Assembly (NCBI GenBank): GCA_050179685.1
Contig: JBFXEW010000016.1
Location: 45,620-109,619, forward strand
Origin: Salinivirgaceae bacterium
Lineage (GTDB): Bacteria; Bacteroidota; Bacteroidia; Bacteroidales; SZUA-534
DNA length: 64,000 bases
Direction: 5' to 3'
The position numbers were made by a program, and so were the translations under genes. Shown piece by piece: positions 22,029-31,314 of this stretch (its first letter is position 1; each line of letters opens with the position of its first letter). The notes under the pieces were generated by a model that saw nothing but the letters and a program-made list of their open reading frames with translations, was not told where the DNA came from and ran no database searches.

Positions 22029-23630
22029 ATGTATTATAGCATGAAAAATATGGTAAAAAAAAGTATAGTACTTCTATCCACTGTAATATTTTGCGCAGTT
22101 TATTCATCGGCACAAAATGCCCGCATCAAAATTGATGTCGATCGCCAGGTGGGAGAAATTGACAAAAAGCTTTATGGAAATTTTGTGGAACACCTGGGAC
22201 GTTGCGTTTATGGCGGAATCTATGATGAAGATTCTCCATTGTCCGACGAGAAAGGCTTCCGTAAAGATGTGCTTAAAGCCGTGCAGGACCTGAATGTTTC
22301 CATTACCCGCTATCCGGGTGGTAATTTTGTTTCTAATTATCATTGGAAAGATGGTATTGGTCCCAAAGATGAACGTCCACCCAGAATGGAACTGGCCTGG
22401 AACCGCTTGGAGACCAACCGGTTTGGAACCAACGAGTTTATGGAATATGCCCGCTTAATGAATACCGAGCCCTACTTTTCGGTAAATATGGGAACAGGAA
22501 CTATTGAGGAAGCACAGCAGTGGGTTGAGTATTGCAACGTAAAAGAAGGCCCTTATTATGCCGAATTGCGTAAAAAGCACGGATATACCGAACCACATAA
22601 CATAATTTACTGGAGTTTGGGAAACGAAATGGACGGATTTTGGCAAATGGGTCACTTGAATGCTGAAGATTATGCCAAAAAAGCCCGCGAGGCTGCCAAA
22701 CTTATGAAGTTAACTTCTCCTGAAATTAAATTAATTGCTGCCGGTTCGTCTAATTATCGTCCCGATGCCGATCCCAACGAGTGGAATGCTACTATTTTAA
22801 GTGAGTTGCGCGATGTGGTCGATTACCTGGCTTTGCATATGTATGTGGGTAACCCCGACGATAATTACTACAACTACATGGCCACACCCATGGTGCTCGA
22901 CGAGCGCACCCGTGTAGTAAAAGGTTTGATTGAACGCGAAATGGCCAATGCCAACCGCAACGGACGTGAGCCCATTTACATTGCCTGGGACGAATACAAT
23001 TCGTGGTACCGCGCACGCGATGCCGAAACCATGTCGGGCACACGCGCTTTGGAAGAATTGTATAATCTGGAAGATGCGCTGGTTATTGCAGGATTCCTGA
23101 ATTCATTTGTACGCAATGCCGACATTGTAAAAATGGCTAATATGGCACAGTTGGTAAATGTTATTGCACCCATTTTCACCAACGAAACCGATATGTTCCT
23201 TCAAACCATTTACTATCCTTTGCAGTTATTTGCCAAAAATGTGCACGGAACCTCACTCGATGTTTTTGTCGATTGTGAAACGTACAAAACGGAAGAGTTT
23301 TTTGTTGGGCTGGGTGAATCAACCACGCAGCAGAATGCGGTACCTTACCTCGATGTGTCGGTGGCTTATCAAAACAAGGAATTGATTATAAATGTGGTGA
23401 ATCGGCATCACGACAAAGCCATCACAACCGATGTTATTTCACAATCAGGTGCATTCGACGGGGCAATTGAAGTGCTCGAAGTTAATGGGAAATCGGTTAA
23501 AGCTAAAAACGATTTTGGGGTAACCGAAGTAAAAACCCAGGAAAAACAGTCGGTAAAAGCAAAAGGAAATGTATTGACTTATAGTTTCCCGGCTCACTCA
23601 TTCACTCAGTTAAGGGCAAAAATTAAATAA
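22029..23630 (+). CDS. Alpha-L-arabinofuranosidase, GH51 (second copy; start may be 22041 or 22050)
   Basis: GNFVEHLGRCVYGG, RYPGGNFVS, LGNEMDG, AWDEYN, MANMAQLVNVI. Confidence 0.92.
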   Translation: MYYSMKNMVKKSIVLLSTVIFCAVYSSAQNARIKIDVDRQVGEIDKKLYGNFVEHLGRCVYGGIYDEDSPLSDEKGFRKDVLKAVQDLNVSITRYPGGNFVSNYHWKDGIGPKDERPPRMELAWNRLETNRFGTNEFMEYARLMNTEPYFSVNMGTGTIEEAQQWVEYCNVKEGPYYAELRKKHGYTEPHNIIYWSLGNEMDGFWQMGHLNAEDYAKKAREAAKLMKLTSPEIKLIAAGSSNYRPDADPNEWNATILSELRDVVDYLALHMYVGNPDDNYYNYMATPMVLDERTRVVKGLIEREMANANRNGREPIYIAWDEYNSWYRARDAETMSGTRALEELYNLEDALVIAGFLNSFVRNADIVKMANMAQLVNVIAPIFTNETDMFLQTIYYPLQLFAKNVHGTSLDVFVDCETYKTEEFFVGLGESTTQQNAVPYLDVSVAYQNKELIINVVNRHHDKAITTDVISQSGAFDGAIEVLEVNGKSVKAKNDFGVTEVKTQEKQSVKAKGNVLTYSFPAHSFTQLRAKIK

Positions 23631-23639
23631 GAAAAAGCC

Positions 23640-24629
23640 ATGATCAAATACTTAGCAACTTTAGTTTTAGGGGTACTTAGCTTAAGCGGATACGCCCAAA
23701 GTACGCAGATTGTGGTACACGATCCGGTAGCCATTGGGGCCGATGGAAAATACTACATGTACAGCACCGGAGTTGGTATTGCCAGTTGGCAATCGGACGA
23801 TTTGGTGAACTGGAAGTTTTTAGCCCAGGTTTTTGCCGAAATTCCGGCCTGGTGTAAACAGGAGGTTCCCAGGTTCGATGGTAACATTTGGGCCCCCGAT
23901 ATTTCATTTCATAAGGATAAATACTATTTGTATTATTCCATATCGTCTTTTGCAAGCAATCGCTCAGTAATTGGGGTGGCTACCAATGTAACCCTCGATC
24001 CGAATAATGAAAATTATCGTTGGGTCGATCACGGACCGGTAATTGAATCGGTCCCCGGACGCGACAATTGGAATGCTATTGACCCCAACCTGATTTTTGA
24101 TGAAAAGGGAGTTCCTTACCTTACCTTTGGTTCGTTTTGGGGCGGTTTAAAATTGGTGCGTTTAAATCCCGATTTACTTTCTGTGGCAAAACCTCAGGAA
24201 TGGGAAACACTGGCGTCCCGTGAACGTGATTTTCAGTTGGACGATAAAGATCCGGGAAACGGAGCCATCGAAGCGCCTTTCATTATCAATGCCAATGGAT
24301 ATTACTATTTGTTTGTATCCTTCGATTTGTGTTGCCGTGGTTCACGCAGCACCTATAATGTTCGGGTAGGACGTTCAAAAGAGCTTATGGGACCTTATCT
24401 GGACAAAGAGAATACACCCCTGACTCAGGGAGGAGGAACGCTTTTGGTTAAAGGCGATGAAAACTACTATGGCATTGGCCATAACTCTGTATATGAGTTT
24501 AATGAGCAGTATTATATGTTTAGCCACGCTTACGACATTCACGATAAGGGCAAACCCAAATTGGTGGTTCATAAGCTGAATTGGGATGCTGAAGGCTGGC
24601 CCCTTGTTGTTGAACAACCCAATCCATGA
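23640..24629 (+). CDS. Endo-1,5-alpha-L-arabinanase, GH43
   Basis: VHDP, WAPDI, WNAIDPN, FGSFWGG, AIEAPF, FDLCCRG, GHNS. Confidence 0.9.
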   Translation: MIKYLATLVLGVLSLSGYAQSTQIVVHDPVAIGADGKYYMYSTGVGIASWQSDDLVNWKFLAQVFAEIPAWCKQEVPRFDGNIWAPDISFHKDKYYLYYSISSFASNRSVIGVATNVTLDPNNENYRWVDHGPVIESVPGRDNWNAIDPNLIFDEKGVPYLTFGSFWGGLKLVRLNPDLLSVAKPQEWETLASRERDFQLDDKDPGNGAIEAPFIINANGYYYLFVSFDLCCRGSRSTYNVRVGRSKELMGPYLDKENTPLTQGGGTLLVKGDENYYGIGHNSVYEFNEQYYMFSHAYDIHDKGKPKLVVHKLNWDAEGWPLVVEQPNP

Positions 24630-24747
24630 TTTCATAAATCAATATAAGTTAATAAAGTAGCAAAAGGATCGTTTCAGTAAAGTTGAAACGATTCTTTTTT
24701 TTTATTTTGGTTCACAAAAAGAACTGGCAACACCTTGGTAAAAAAGT

Positions 24748-24755
24748 TACCTTTG
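24748..24755 (+). promoter_or_regulatory. Bacteroidota -7 promoter element for recQ
   Basis: TACCTTTG matches TAnnTTTG, 18 nt before the GTG start. Confidence 0.55.
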
Positions 24756-24773
24756 CATTAAACCAGATAGTGC

Positions 24774-26693
24774 GTGGATCAATATCAGAAAATACTGACA
24801 AAATATTGGGGATATGCCAACTTCAGGCCTTTGCAGCACGACATCATCCGGTCGGTGGGCGAGGGACGTGATACCCTGGCATTAATGCCAACCGGGGGAG
24901 GAAAATCAATAACCTTTCAGGTGCCGGCTTTGGCTAAAGAGGGTATTTGCATTGTGGTTACCCCGCTTATCGCGTTGATGAAAGATCAGGTTGAAAACCT
25001 GAAAGCCCGCAAAATTAAAGCAGTTGCCATTTACTCGGGAATGACCCGGCACGAAATTGATGTGACCCTCGAAAACTGTGTCCACGATGCCAACATGAAG
25101 TTCCTGTATTGCTCGCCTGAACGTTTGGGAACTGAACTATTTCGTACGCGGGTTAGGCAGATGCATGTGAATTTGCTGGCCATCGATGAGTCGCATTGTA
25201 TTTCGCAATGGGGCTACGACTTTCGCCCATCGTACCTGAAGATTGCCGAAGTACGCCAGCTCTTGCCCGGTGTGCCGGTATTGGCGGTTACTGCAACGGC
25301 CACCTCACGCGTTATCGACGATATTCAGGAGAAACTGGGCTTTCCCGAAAAAAATGTATTCCGTAAAAGTTTTGAGCGTAAAAACCTGGTTTACATGGTT
25401 CGCGAGGTGGAAGATAAGCAGAAACACCTGATTAAAATAGCCCAATACTTTCCAGGTAGTACGGGTGTGGTTTATGTTCGCAACCGGCTTCATACCAAAG
25501 AGATATCTTTATTTTTAAATCAGCAGGGATTTTCTGCCGATTATTATCATGCGGGACTTACATCGGCAGAGCGCGATTTTAAACAAAATCAATGGAAAAA
25601 GGGAGCCATCCACATTATGGTTTCAACCAATGCCTTTGGAATGGGTATCGACAAAGCCGATGTGCGCTTTGTGGTTCATATGGATTTACCCGATACGCTG
25701 GAAGCCTATTTTCAGGAAGCCGGACGCGGGGGGCGCGATGAGAAAAAGGCTTATGCCGTTTTACTTTACCATCCGGGCGACCGCAAAAAGCTGGAGCGCC
25801 GCATCGATTCAACTTTTCCCGAAGTCGATGAGATTAAACGGGTGTACGAAGCCCTGGGTAATTTTTTTCAGTTGCCCGTGGGTGGTGGAAAGGGAATGGG
25901 CTTCGATTTCGATATATCGGCTTTTGTGAAGGCCTACAAGTTCAATATTTTGAACGTTTACAACAGCCTTAAACTGCTTCAGCAAAGCGGGTATCTCGAA
26001 TTGAGCGAAGAAGTGGACAATCCATCGCGAATAATTTTTACCGTTACCCGCGACGATTTGTACAAATACCAGGTAGCCAATGCGGCCGAAGATGCCTTTA
26101 TTAAGCTGCTGTTGCGGAGTTATTCGGGAATGTTTACCGAATACCGGCCCATCGATGAAGGCGATTTGGCACGCAAAACCAACGCAAAACCCGAAATTAT
26201 TACAGCCTTCCTGATTAAACTGGGACGCGACAAGATTATCAATTACATTCCACGGAAAAAAGTTCCCCAGATTTTTTATACCGAAGAGCGACTGCCTACA
26301 GCTTCTTTGTTATTTACCCGCGAAAAGTATCAGGACCGGAAAAAACTTTACAGTGAAAAAATCTTCGCCGTAGTTGATTATGCCACCCGAAAAAAATGCC
26401 GCTCGCAGCAGTTGTTGAACTATTTTGGTGACATGCAGGCTACCCGTTGCGGGGTTTGCGATGTTTGCACCGAACGAAACAAACTCGATTTAAGCAACAT
26501 GGAATTCGATTTGGTGGTTGAAGCTATAAAAGCAGCGCTTCGAAAACAACCCTTAAACCTGGAACAACTGGTCGATGCCATTAAACAACCCAACGAAAAA
26601 GCAGTTAAAGTAATTCAATGGCTGCTCGACAACCAAAAACTATACCGCGACGAATCCTTACTGCTGCATTGGAAAAAAACCGAAACAGAATAA
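24774..26693 (+). CDS. recQ: RecQ-family ATP-dependent DNA helicase
   Basis: MPTGGGKS, DESHCISQWGYDFRP, TATA, FGMGIDK, QEAGRGGRD, Zn motif CR...CGVCDVC. Confidence 0.93.
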   Translation: MDQYQKILTKYWGYANFRPLQHDIIRSVGEGRDTLALMPTGGGKSITFQVPALAKEGICIVVTPLIALMKDQVENLKARKIKAVAIYSGMTRHEIDVTLENCVHDANMKFLYCSPERLGTELFRTRVRQMHVNLLAIDESHCISQWGYDFRPSYLKIAEVRQLLPGVPVLAVTATATSRVIDDIQEKLGFPEKNVFRKSFERKNLVYMVREVEDKQKHLIKIAQYFPGSTGVVYVRNRLHTKEISLFLNQQGFSADYYHAGLTSAERDFKQNQWKKGAIHIMVSTNAFGMGIDKADVRFVVHMDLPDTLEAYFQEAGRGGRDEKKAYAVLLYHPGDRKKLERRIDSTFPEVDEIKRVYEALGNFFQLPVGGGKGMGFDFDISAFVKAYKFNILNVYNSLKLLQQSGYLELSEEVDNPSRIIFTVTRDDLYKYQVANAAEDAFIKLLLRSYSGMFTEYRPIDEGDLARKTNAKPEIITAFLIKLGRDKIINYIPRKKVPQIFYTEERLPTASLLFTREKYQDRKKLYSEKIFAVVDYATRKKCRSQQLLNYFGDMQATRCGVCDVCTERNKLDLSNMEFDLVVEAIKAALRKQPLNLEQLVDAIKQPNEKAVKVIQWLLDNQKLYRDESLLLHWKKTETE

Positions 26694-26947
26694 TGGTTTT
26701 TACAGCCTTTCACACTAAGGTTTCAGCCTTGCAATCCTACCGACTACCTGCTTTTAATCAGCACGGTACGGTGGAAAAGTCATTTGTTTCTTTTGGTCAC
26801 AAAAGAAAAAAGGAAGGCATAGGTTATGGAACTATGTTTTTTGTGTTTGTAATAATTTAGTAAAGCGCGTTAATCGTTGCGTCTTCATAGCTTTAAGGCA
26901 CAATAATTAATTCCCGCTCTTACGTCCTGTTTCCGTTTTTTGCCTTT

Positions 26948-27042
26948 GTCGCAATTTTAATTTGCTTTTAGTTATAGTTTTAGCATAAATGCAAGAAACA
27001 AACAACGCAACTGCGTTTAACGCCAGGGTTGTAACCAATTGT
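26948..27042 (+). repeat. attC-like site, right part (copy of 28879-28973)
   Basis: ~90 bp similarity to 28879-28973 including identical aagaaacaaacaacgcaactgcgttta; similarity ends at GTT (27028). Confidence 0.7.
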
Positions 27043-27102
27043 GGAATTCCAGAGAAATTGGACTAAGAAATAAATTTTTGTATTTTTACTTAAAAATAAG
27101 AT

Positions 27103-27291
27103 ATGGCGACAAAGGAGATAAAAGATAAGATCAATAATGTTATTGATACTATTCCGGATGACATATTAGAAGATGTGCTGGAGTATCTTAAGTCATTGAC
27201 AAATAAGTCAAAAAATAAAATAAATTTATCTCAGAATTTGAGTAAGATACTTGATGAGGATAAAAACTTGCTTGAAAGACTGGCTCAATGA
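27103..27291 (+). CDS. Putative antitoxin (62 aa)
   Basis: Small helical protein; stop overlaps the Doc start (ATGA); ends LLERLAQ. Confidence 0.7.
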   Translation: MATKEIKDKINNVIDTIPDDILEDVLEYLKSLTNKSKNKINLSQNLSKILDEDKNLLERLAQ

Positions 27292-27659
27292 TATCAACAG
27301 ATGAGGCCATTCGGATACAATCGGTTCTGATTGAAAAATTTGGCGGTACGGATGGATTACGTGACAAAAACCTGCTTGAATCTGCCTTGATGAGGCCATA
27401 TCAAACATTTGATAATAAAGACTTATACCCAACACCTTCAGAAAAAGCTGCTGCAATTATTGAGAGTGTATTGATTAACCATCCATTTATTGATGGAAAT
27501 AAAAGATTTGGATATGTTGCTATGCGCTTAACTCTAATGGATTATGGTCTGGATATACATACTAATGAGGATGATAAATACGACTTTGTGATAAAAATTG
27601 CTATTGGAGATTTCAAATTTGACCAAATTCTCAATTGGATAAATGACAAATTGAAGTAA
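27288..27659 (+). CDS. Death-on-curing (Doc/Fic) family toxin
   Basis: GG.DGLRD..LLESA..RP, KAAA, HPFIDGNKR (Doc-type Fic motif). Confidence 0.9.
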   Translation: MISTDEAIRIQSVLIEKFGGTDGLRDKNLLESALMRPYQTFDNKDLYPTPSEKAAAIIESVLINHPFIDGNKRFGYVAMRLTLMDYGLDIHTNEDDKYDFVIKIAIGDFKFDQILNWINDKLK

Positions 27660-27897
27660 GAACAACTGCCTATACTAATTAGGACGCTGAGTGTTCTGTA
27701 TTTCGGAAGCCATCGGAACAGCAATGAGTTCCCCGGGGCAATCGGGGCAGGAGACCTGTACTATTTTCTTAATACAGTTTTTGTTTTAACCCTACTCATA
27801 GTAAAAACCCTCCATTTAAGGCTTTGCTTGCCGGCCGGTAAGGCACGTTCTTTTATAAAAAAGCCAATCAAAATACCCGGCGTATCAAATTATTTCC

Positions 27898-27905
27898 TAG
27901 CTTTG
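27898..27905 (+). promoter_or_regulatory. Putative -7 promoter element upstream of cassettes 2-3
   Basis: TAGCTTTG matches TAnnTTTG; 20 nt before an A-rich-preceded ATG at 27926. Confidence 0.45.
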
Positions 27906-27925
27906 GTTAAGTAAACCAAAAAAAC

Positions 27926-28069
27926 ATGAACCCAAACACTACCTATAATACAACCAAACGTAACAGGGTGCCTATAGCATACCAATTTTGGGTAGATAAA
28001 AGAAGGTGGGCTGCGGTTATCTTGTGGTTGGCTGCAACCTTAAAAAACATCGATTTAAAAACGTATTAA
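27926..28069 (+). CDS. Putative 47-aa leader peptide spanning a cassette junction
   Basis: Own translation: MNPNTTYNTTKRNRVPIAYQFWVDKRRWAAVILWLAATLKNIDLKTY*; stops 4 nt before the ATG at 28074. Confidence 0.35.
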   Translation: MNPNTTYNTTKRNRVPIAYQFWVDKRRWAAVILWLAATLKNIDLKTY

Positions 28070-28073
28070 TGTA

Positions 28074-28826
28074 ATGATGAAAAGATTTATTGCATATTTT
28101 GATTATTTGGGATTCAAGAAATTTATAGAAAATAATGACCTAGAATATCAAAAAAGAATTATTGGAAACAATTTTCGAGATATAGAAAATGCTTTAGGTC
28201 ATGGAAAAACAAAGGAAGCCTCTAGAGGAGTAATAGCTGATTTAGAAATGTCGATTATTAATTGTATTAATTTCTCGGATACAATTGTTTTTTGGACAAA
28301 TGATGATTCGGAAGATTCACTCTTAGAAATTCTTAAAGTTGCATATCGATTTAACATGCATGCCGTTGATTTCTTTTTTCCTGCAAGAGGAGCATTGGTT
28401 TATGATGAAATAATTTATATTGACGTTAAAAAACAAAACGAAGCAGGTGGACTTTATAATATTAATTCAGTATTTGGAAAAGGACTAGTTAAAGCTCATG
28501 AAAAGGCAGAAAAACAACATTGGGCAGGTACTGTAATTGATAATTCATTTATTGAAGAACTTGCAAATAGAAACTATGAAATTGATACTTTTTTGTCTTC
28601 GTATGCTAAGAAGTTTAAAGTACCATATAAGAATGGACATGAATTACCCGATGAATATGTTCTTAATATTATTGAAGGAAAATTGACCAATGAGGGTTTG
28701 AAAAACTTTGAAAATAGAATAAAAGAAAATTTTTCTCGTCATAAAAAAACAATTGATAACCAATACATTCAAGAGAAGATTGATAATACCCTAAAATTCC
28801 TAAATAGCTTTTATAAAAATGATTGA
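28074..28826 (+). CDS. Hypothetical protein with class III nucleotidyl-cyclase-like motif pattern
   Basis: FIAYFDYLGF...FSDTIV...ARGAL...VFGKGLVKAHE parallels the FxDxxGF / GD / RxG / GxxVNxA order of adenylate/guanylate cyclases; AT-rich. Confidence 0.6.
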   Translation: MMKRFIAYFDYLGFKKFIENNDLEYQKRIIGNNFRDIENALGHGKTKEASRGVIADLEMSIINCINFSDTIVFWTNDDSEDSLLEILKVAYRFNMHAVDFFFPARGALVYDEIIYIDVKKQNEAGGLYNINSVFGKGLVKAHEKAEKQHWAGTVIDNSFIEELANRNYEIDTFLSSYAKKFKVPYKNGHELPDEYVLNIIEGKLTNEGLKNFENRIKENFSRHKKTIDNQYIQEKIDNTLKFLNSFYKND

Positions 28827-28827
28827 A

Positions 28828-28973
28828 AAGGCAGCGGCCAACCCGCGCTCAAACGTCTTGCTTGCGGCAGTTGGAAAAGTCACAATTTCAATTTACTTTT
28901 AGTTTTGAATTTTAACATAACAATAAGAAACAAACAACGCAACTGCGTTTAGCGCCAACGTTAGCGGTCATTT
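28828..28973 (+). repeat. attC-like imperfect palindrome between cassettes
   Basis: gccAAC (28837-42) ... GTTagc (28960-65); inner arms gcgct-c-aaacg (28845-55) and cgttt-agcgc (28946-55) pair with one unpaired C; AT-rich loop. Confidence 0.7.
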
Positions 28974-29005
28974 AAGAAAACATCCATGCATTAACTATAG
29001 AAAGA

Positions 29006-31018
29006 ATGAAAAAAATTGATTTCCATATTCATACAATGCAATCTATTAGTGATTCACTTTTTGATTTTAACTTGGATAAACTAAAAGAATATGTTGACAA
29101 GATGGAAATTGATTGCATTGCTATAACAAATCACAATCTATTTGACAAAGCTCAATTTCTTGATATTTGTAGCAATCTACAAATAAAAGTTTTTCCAGGC
29201 ATTGAAATTGATTTAGAAGGAGGTCATATTCTACTTATTTCTGAAAATGAAGATATAGAGGATTTTGACTCTAAATGCCGTAGAGTGAAAGGATTAATAA
29301 CTTCAGTAAACGATTCAATAACTTACGAGCAATTAATTGAGATTTTTCCTTTGCTTAATAAATATTTGTTAATTCCACATTACGATAAAAGTCCTAATCT
29401 TAAGGAAGATACATTACAAAAATTAGGAGACAATATATTTGTTGGAGAGGTTACTAGTATACGAAAATTTAAAGCATGTATAAGAGAATCAAATAAATTA
29501 GTGCCTGTTATATTTAGTGATTTTAGGTTTACAGATAAAATTTCAAATTTTCCAACAAGGCAAACATTTGTAAATGCAGGTGATAATTCACTACGTTCAA
29601 TTAAAGGTAGTCTGTTTGATAAATCGAAGGTATCACTTTCAAGAGATGATGGGAATGATTTTTTCCAAGCTACAGACGATGGTATAATATTATCAACAGG
29701 TTTAAATGTTATTATAGGAGAACGTTCAACGGGGAAAACCTATACTCTTGATAAAATTTGCAACAATTTTAGTAATGTTAAATACATCAGACAATTTTCA
29801 TTACTTCAAAATGACGAAGAAAGCTTTAAAAAACTTGTAACCACAAGACACAGCTTAGTAACAGAATCCTATCTAAAAGAATTTAAAGATGTTGTACAAG
29901 ATGTTAATCAAGTCGATTTAAAAGGGAATGAAATTAAACTGGGTAAATACATTGATTCATTGAAAAAGTTCGCCTCAGAAAGTGATAAGCTTGATACATT
30001 TTCAAAATGTAAATTGTATAATGAGACTAATTTTGAGATAAATGATTTAAGTAATTTAAAAACACTTATTAAAGCAACTGAAACTTTGATTGAAAATATT
30101 GAATACAAGACTATTGTAAATAAACACATTTCAGAAGCTTCATTGAAGGCATTAATTATCGACTTAATTAAAAAGCATAATGAACTGTATGAATCAAATT
30201 TGAAAAAATATTGGTTGAATGAACTAATAAACAATATTAAAGATTCATTGCGTTTTAGGTCAACTACAACAGCAATTGAGGACATAGATTTTTATAAGTT
30301 CAAAACTGAAAAAGTAAAAGTTGATAAATTCATGCGTTTAGCTAAAAATCTGCAAGATGAAAAAGAAATTGATAGCAAAGAAATTCGTGGATTTAAAGTA
30401 GTAGCAAGAACAAAAAAATATACTGGAGCAAGTCAACTAAAAGCAAAAAGTAAAAGTCAACTTTCTTTTAGTAATGCTTTTGATAATTATAGTAATCCAT
30501 ATAAGTTTTTAATCGCTCTTCAAGGAGTTGGTATTGAGGAAACAGAATTTTACAAATACTTTGTTGATATAGAGTATAAAACATTAAATAAACATGGATT
30601 CCCAGTTTCTGGTGGTGAACGTTCTGAGTTTAATCTGCTTCATGAAATTAATGATGCATTGAAACATGATATTTTATTAATTGATGAACCTGAATCTTCT
30701 TTTGACAATATTTTCTTGAAAAATGATGTAAATGTCTTAATAAAAGAAATTTCCAATGAAATTCCGGTTATTGTTGTAACCCATAATAATACAATTGGAG
30801 CTTCGATAAAACCTGATTATGTAGCCTATACACAGAAAAAATTAAACAATGGGGGTATTGAATATTCAGTTTTCTTTGGCCATCCAATGAGCAAACAACT
30901 TAAAAATGCAAAAGGTGAAACGATTGAGAATCTAGATATATTATTTAATTGTTTGGAGGCTGGAGAAATTGCTTATTATGAACGTAAATCACGAGCTTAT
31001 GAAATACTTAAAAATTGA
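29006..31018 (+). CDS. PHP-domain + ABC/SMC-like ATPase fusion (Ppl/TrlF-like)
   Basis: DFHIHT, ITNHN, PGIEI, HIL, IPHYD, FSD (PHP); GERSTGKT Walker A, long helical insert, VSGGERS signature, LLIDEPE Walker B, VVTHN H-loop. Confidence 0.85.
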   Translation: MKKIDFHIHTMQSISDSLFDFNLDKLKEYVDKMEIDCIAITNHNLFDKAQFLDICSNLQIKVFPGIEIDLEGGHILLISENEDIEDFDSKCRRVKGLITSVNDSITYEQLIEIFPLLNKYLLIPHYDKSPNLKEDTLQKLGDNIFVGEVTSIRKFKACIRESNKLVPVIFSDFRFTDKISNFPTRQTFVNAGDNSLRSIKGSLFDKSKVSLSRDDGNDFFQATDDGIILSTGLNVIIGERSTGKTYTLDKICNNFSNVKYIRQFSLLQNDEESFKKLVTTRHSLVTESYLKEFKDVVQDVNQVDLKGNEIKLGKYIDSLKKFASESDKLDTFSKCKLYNETNFEINDLSNLKTLIKATETLIENIEYKTIVNKHISEASLKALIIDLIKKHNELYESNLKKYWLNELINNIKDSLRFRSTTTAIEDIDFYKFKTEKVKVDKFMRLAKNLQDEKEIDSKEIRGFKVVARTKKYTGASQLKAKSKSQLSFSNAFDNYSNPYKFLIALQGVGIEETEFYKYFVDIEYKTLNKHGFPVSGGERSEFNLLHEINDALKHDILLIDEPESSFDNIFLKNDVNVLIKEISNEIPVIVVTHNNTIGASIKPDYVAYTQKKLNNGGIEYSVFFGHPMSKQLKNAKGETIENLDILFNCLEAGEIAYYERKSRAYEILKN

Positions 31019-31295
31019 AGACAATAAAGGTTATTTTCTAAAGGATAAAACAAATCCCGATGAATGGACTGAAATTGACCAAATTGAAAAAAATGACTTA
31101 ATGAAATTATTAGAGTCTGCATCAGAACCTGATTTTGAAATGGATGCTTATAATGAAAGTCTGATTCAACATAAAGCACATCAAATTATATATAAAAACC
31201 TTACAGAGAAGTTTGATACATTTCTATCAAATAAGAGTAGATTTATTGATGAGTCTGAATCTATTTATAAAACAGCTTTAGAGAAATATCAATAA
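30999..31295 (+). CDS. Small acidic hypothetical protein (98 aa from ATG 30999)
   Basis: MKYLKIEDNKGYF...; overlaps the ATPase 3' end by 20 nt; same AT-rich composition. Confidence 0.75.
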   Translation: MKYLKIEDNKGYFLKDKTNPDEWTEIDQIEKNDLMKLLESASEPDFEMDAYNESLIQHKAHQIIYKNLTEKFDTFLSNKSRFIDESESIYKTALEKYQ

Positions 31296-31314
31296 AAAAA
31301 CAGAGAAGAAACTT

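Noticed and set aside
26618-26860. 80-aa ORF overlapping the recQ end
   Set aside because: Overlaps recQ out of frame, no recognisable motifs
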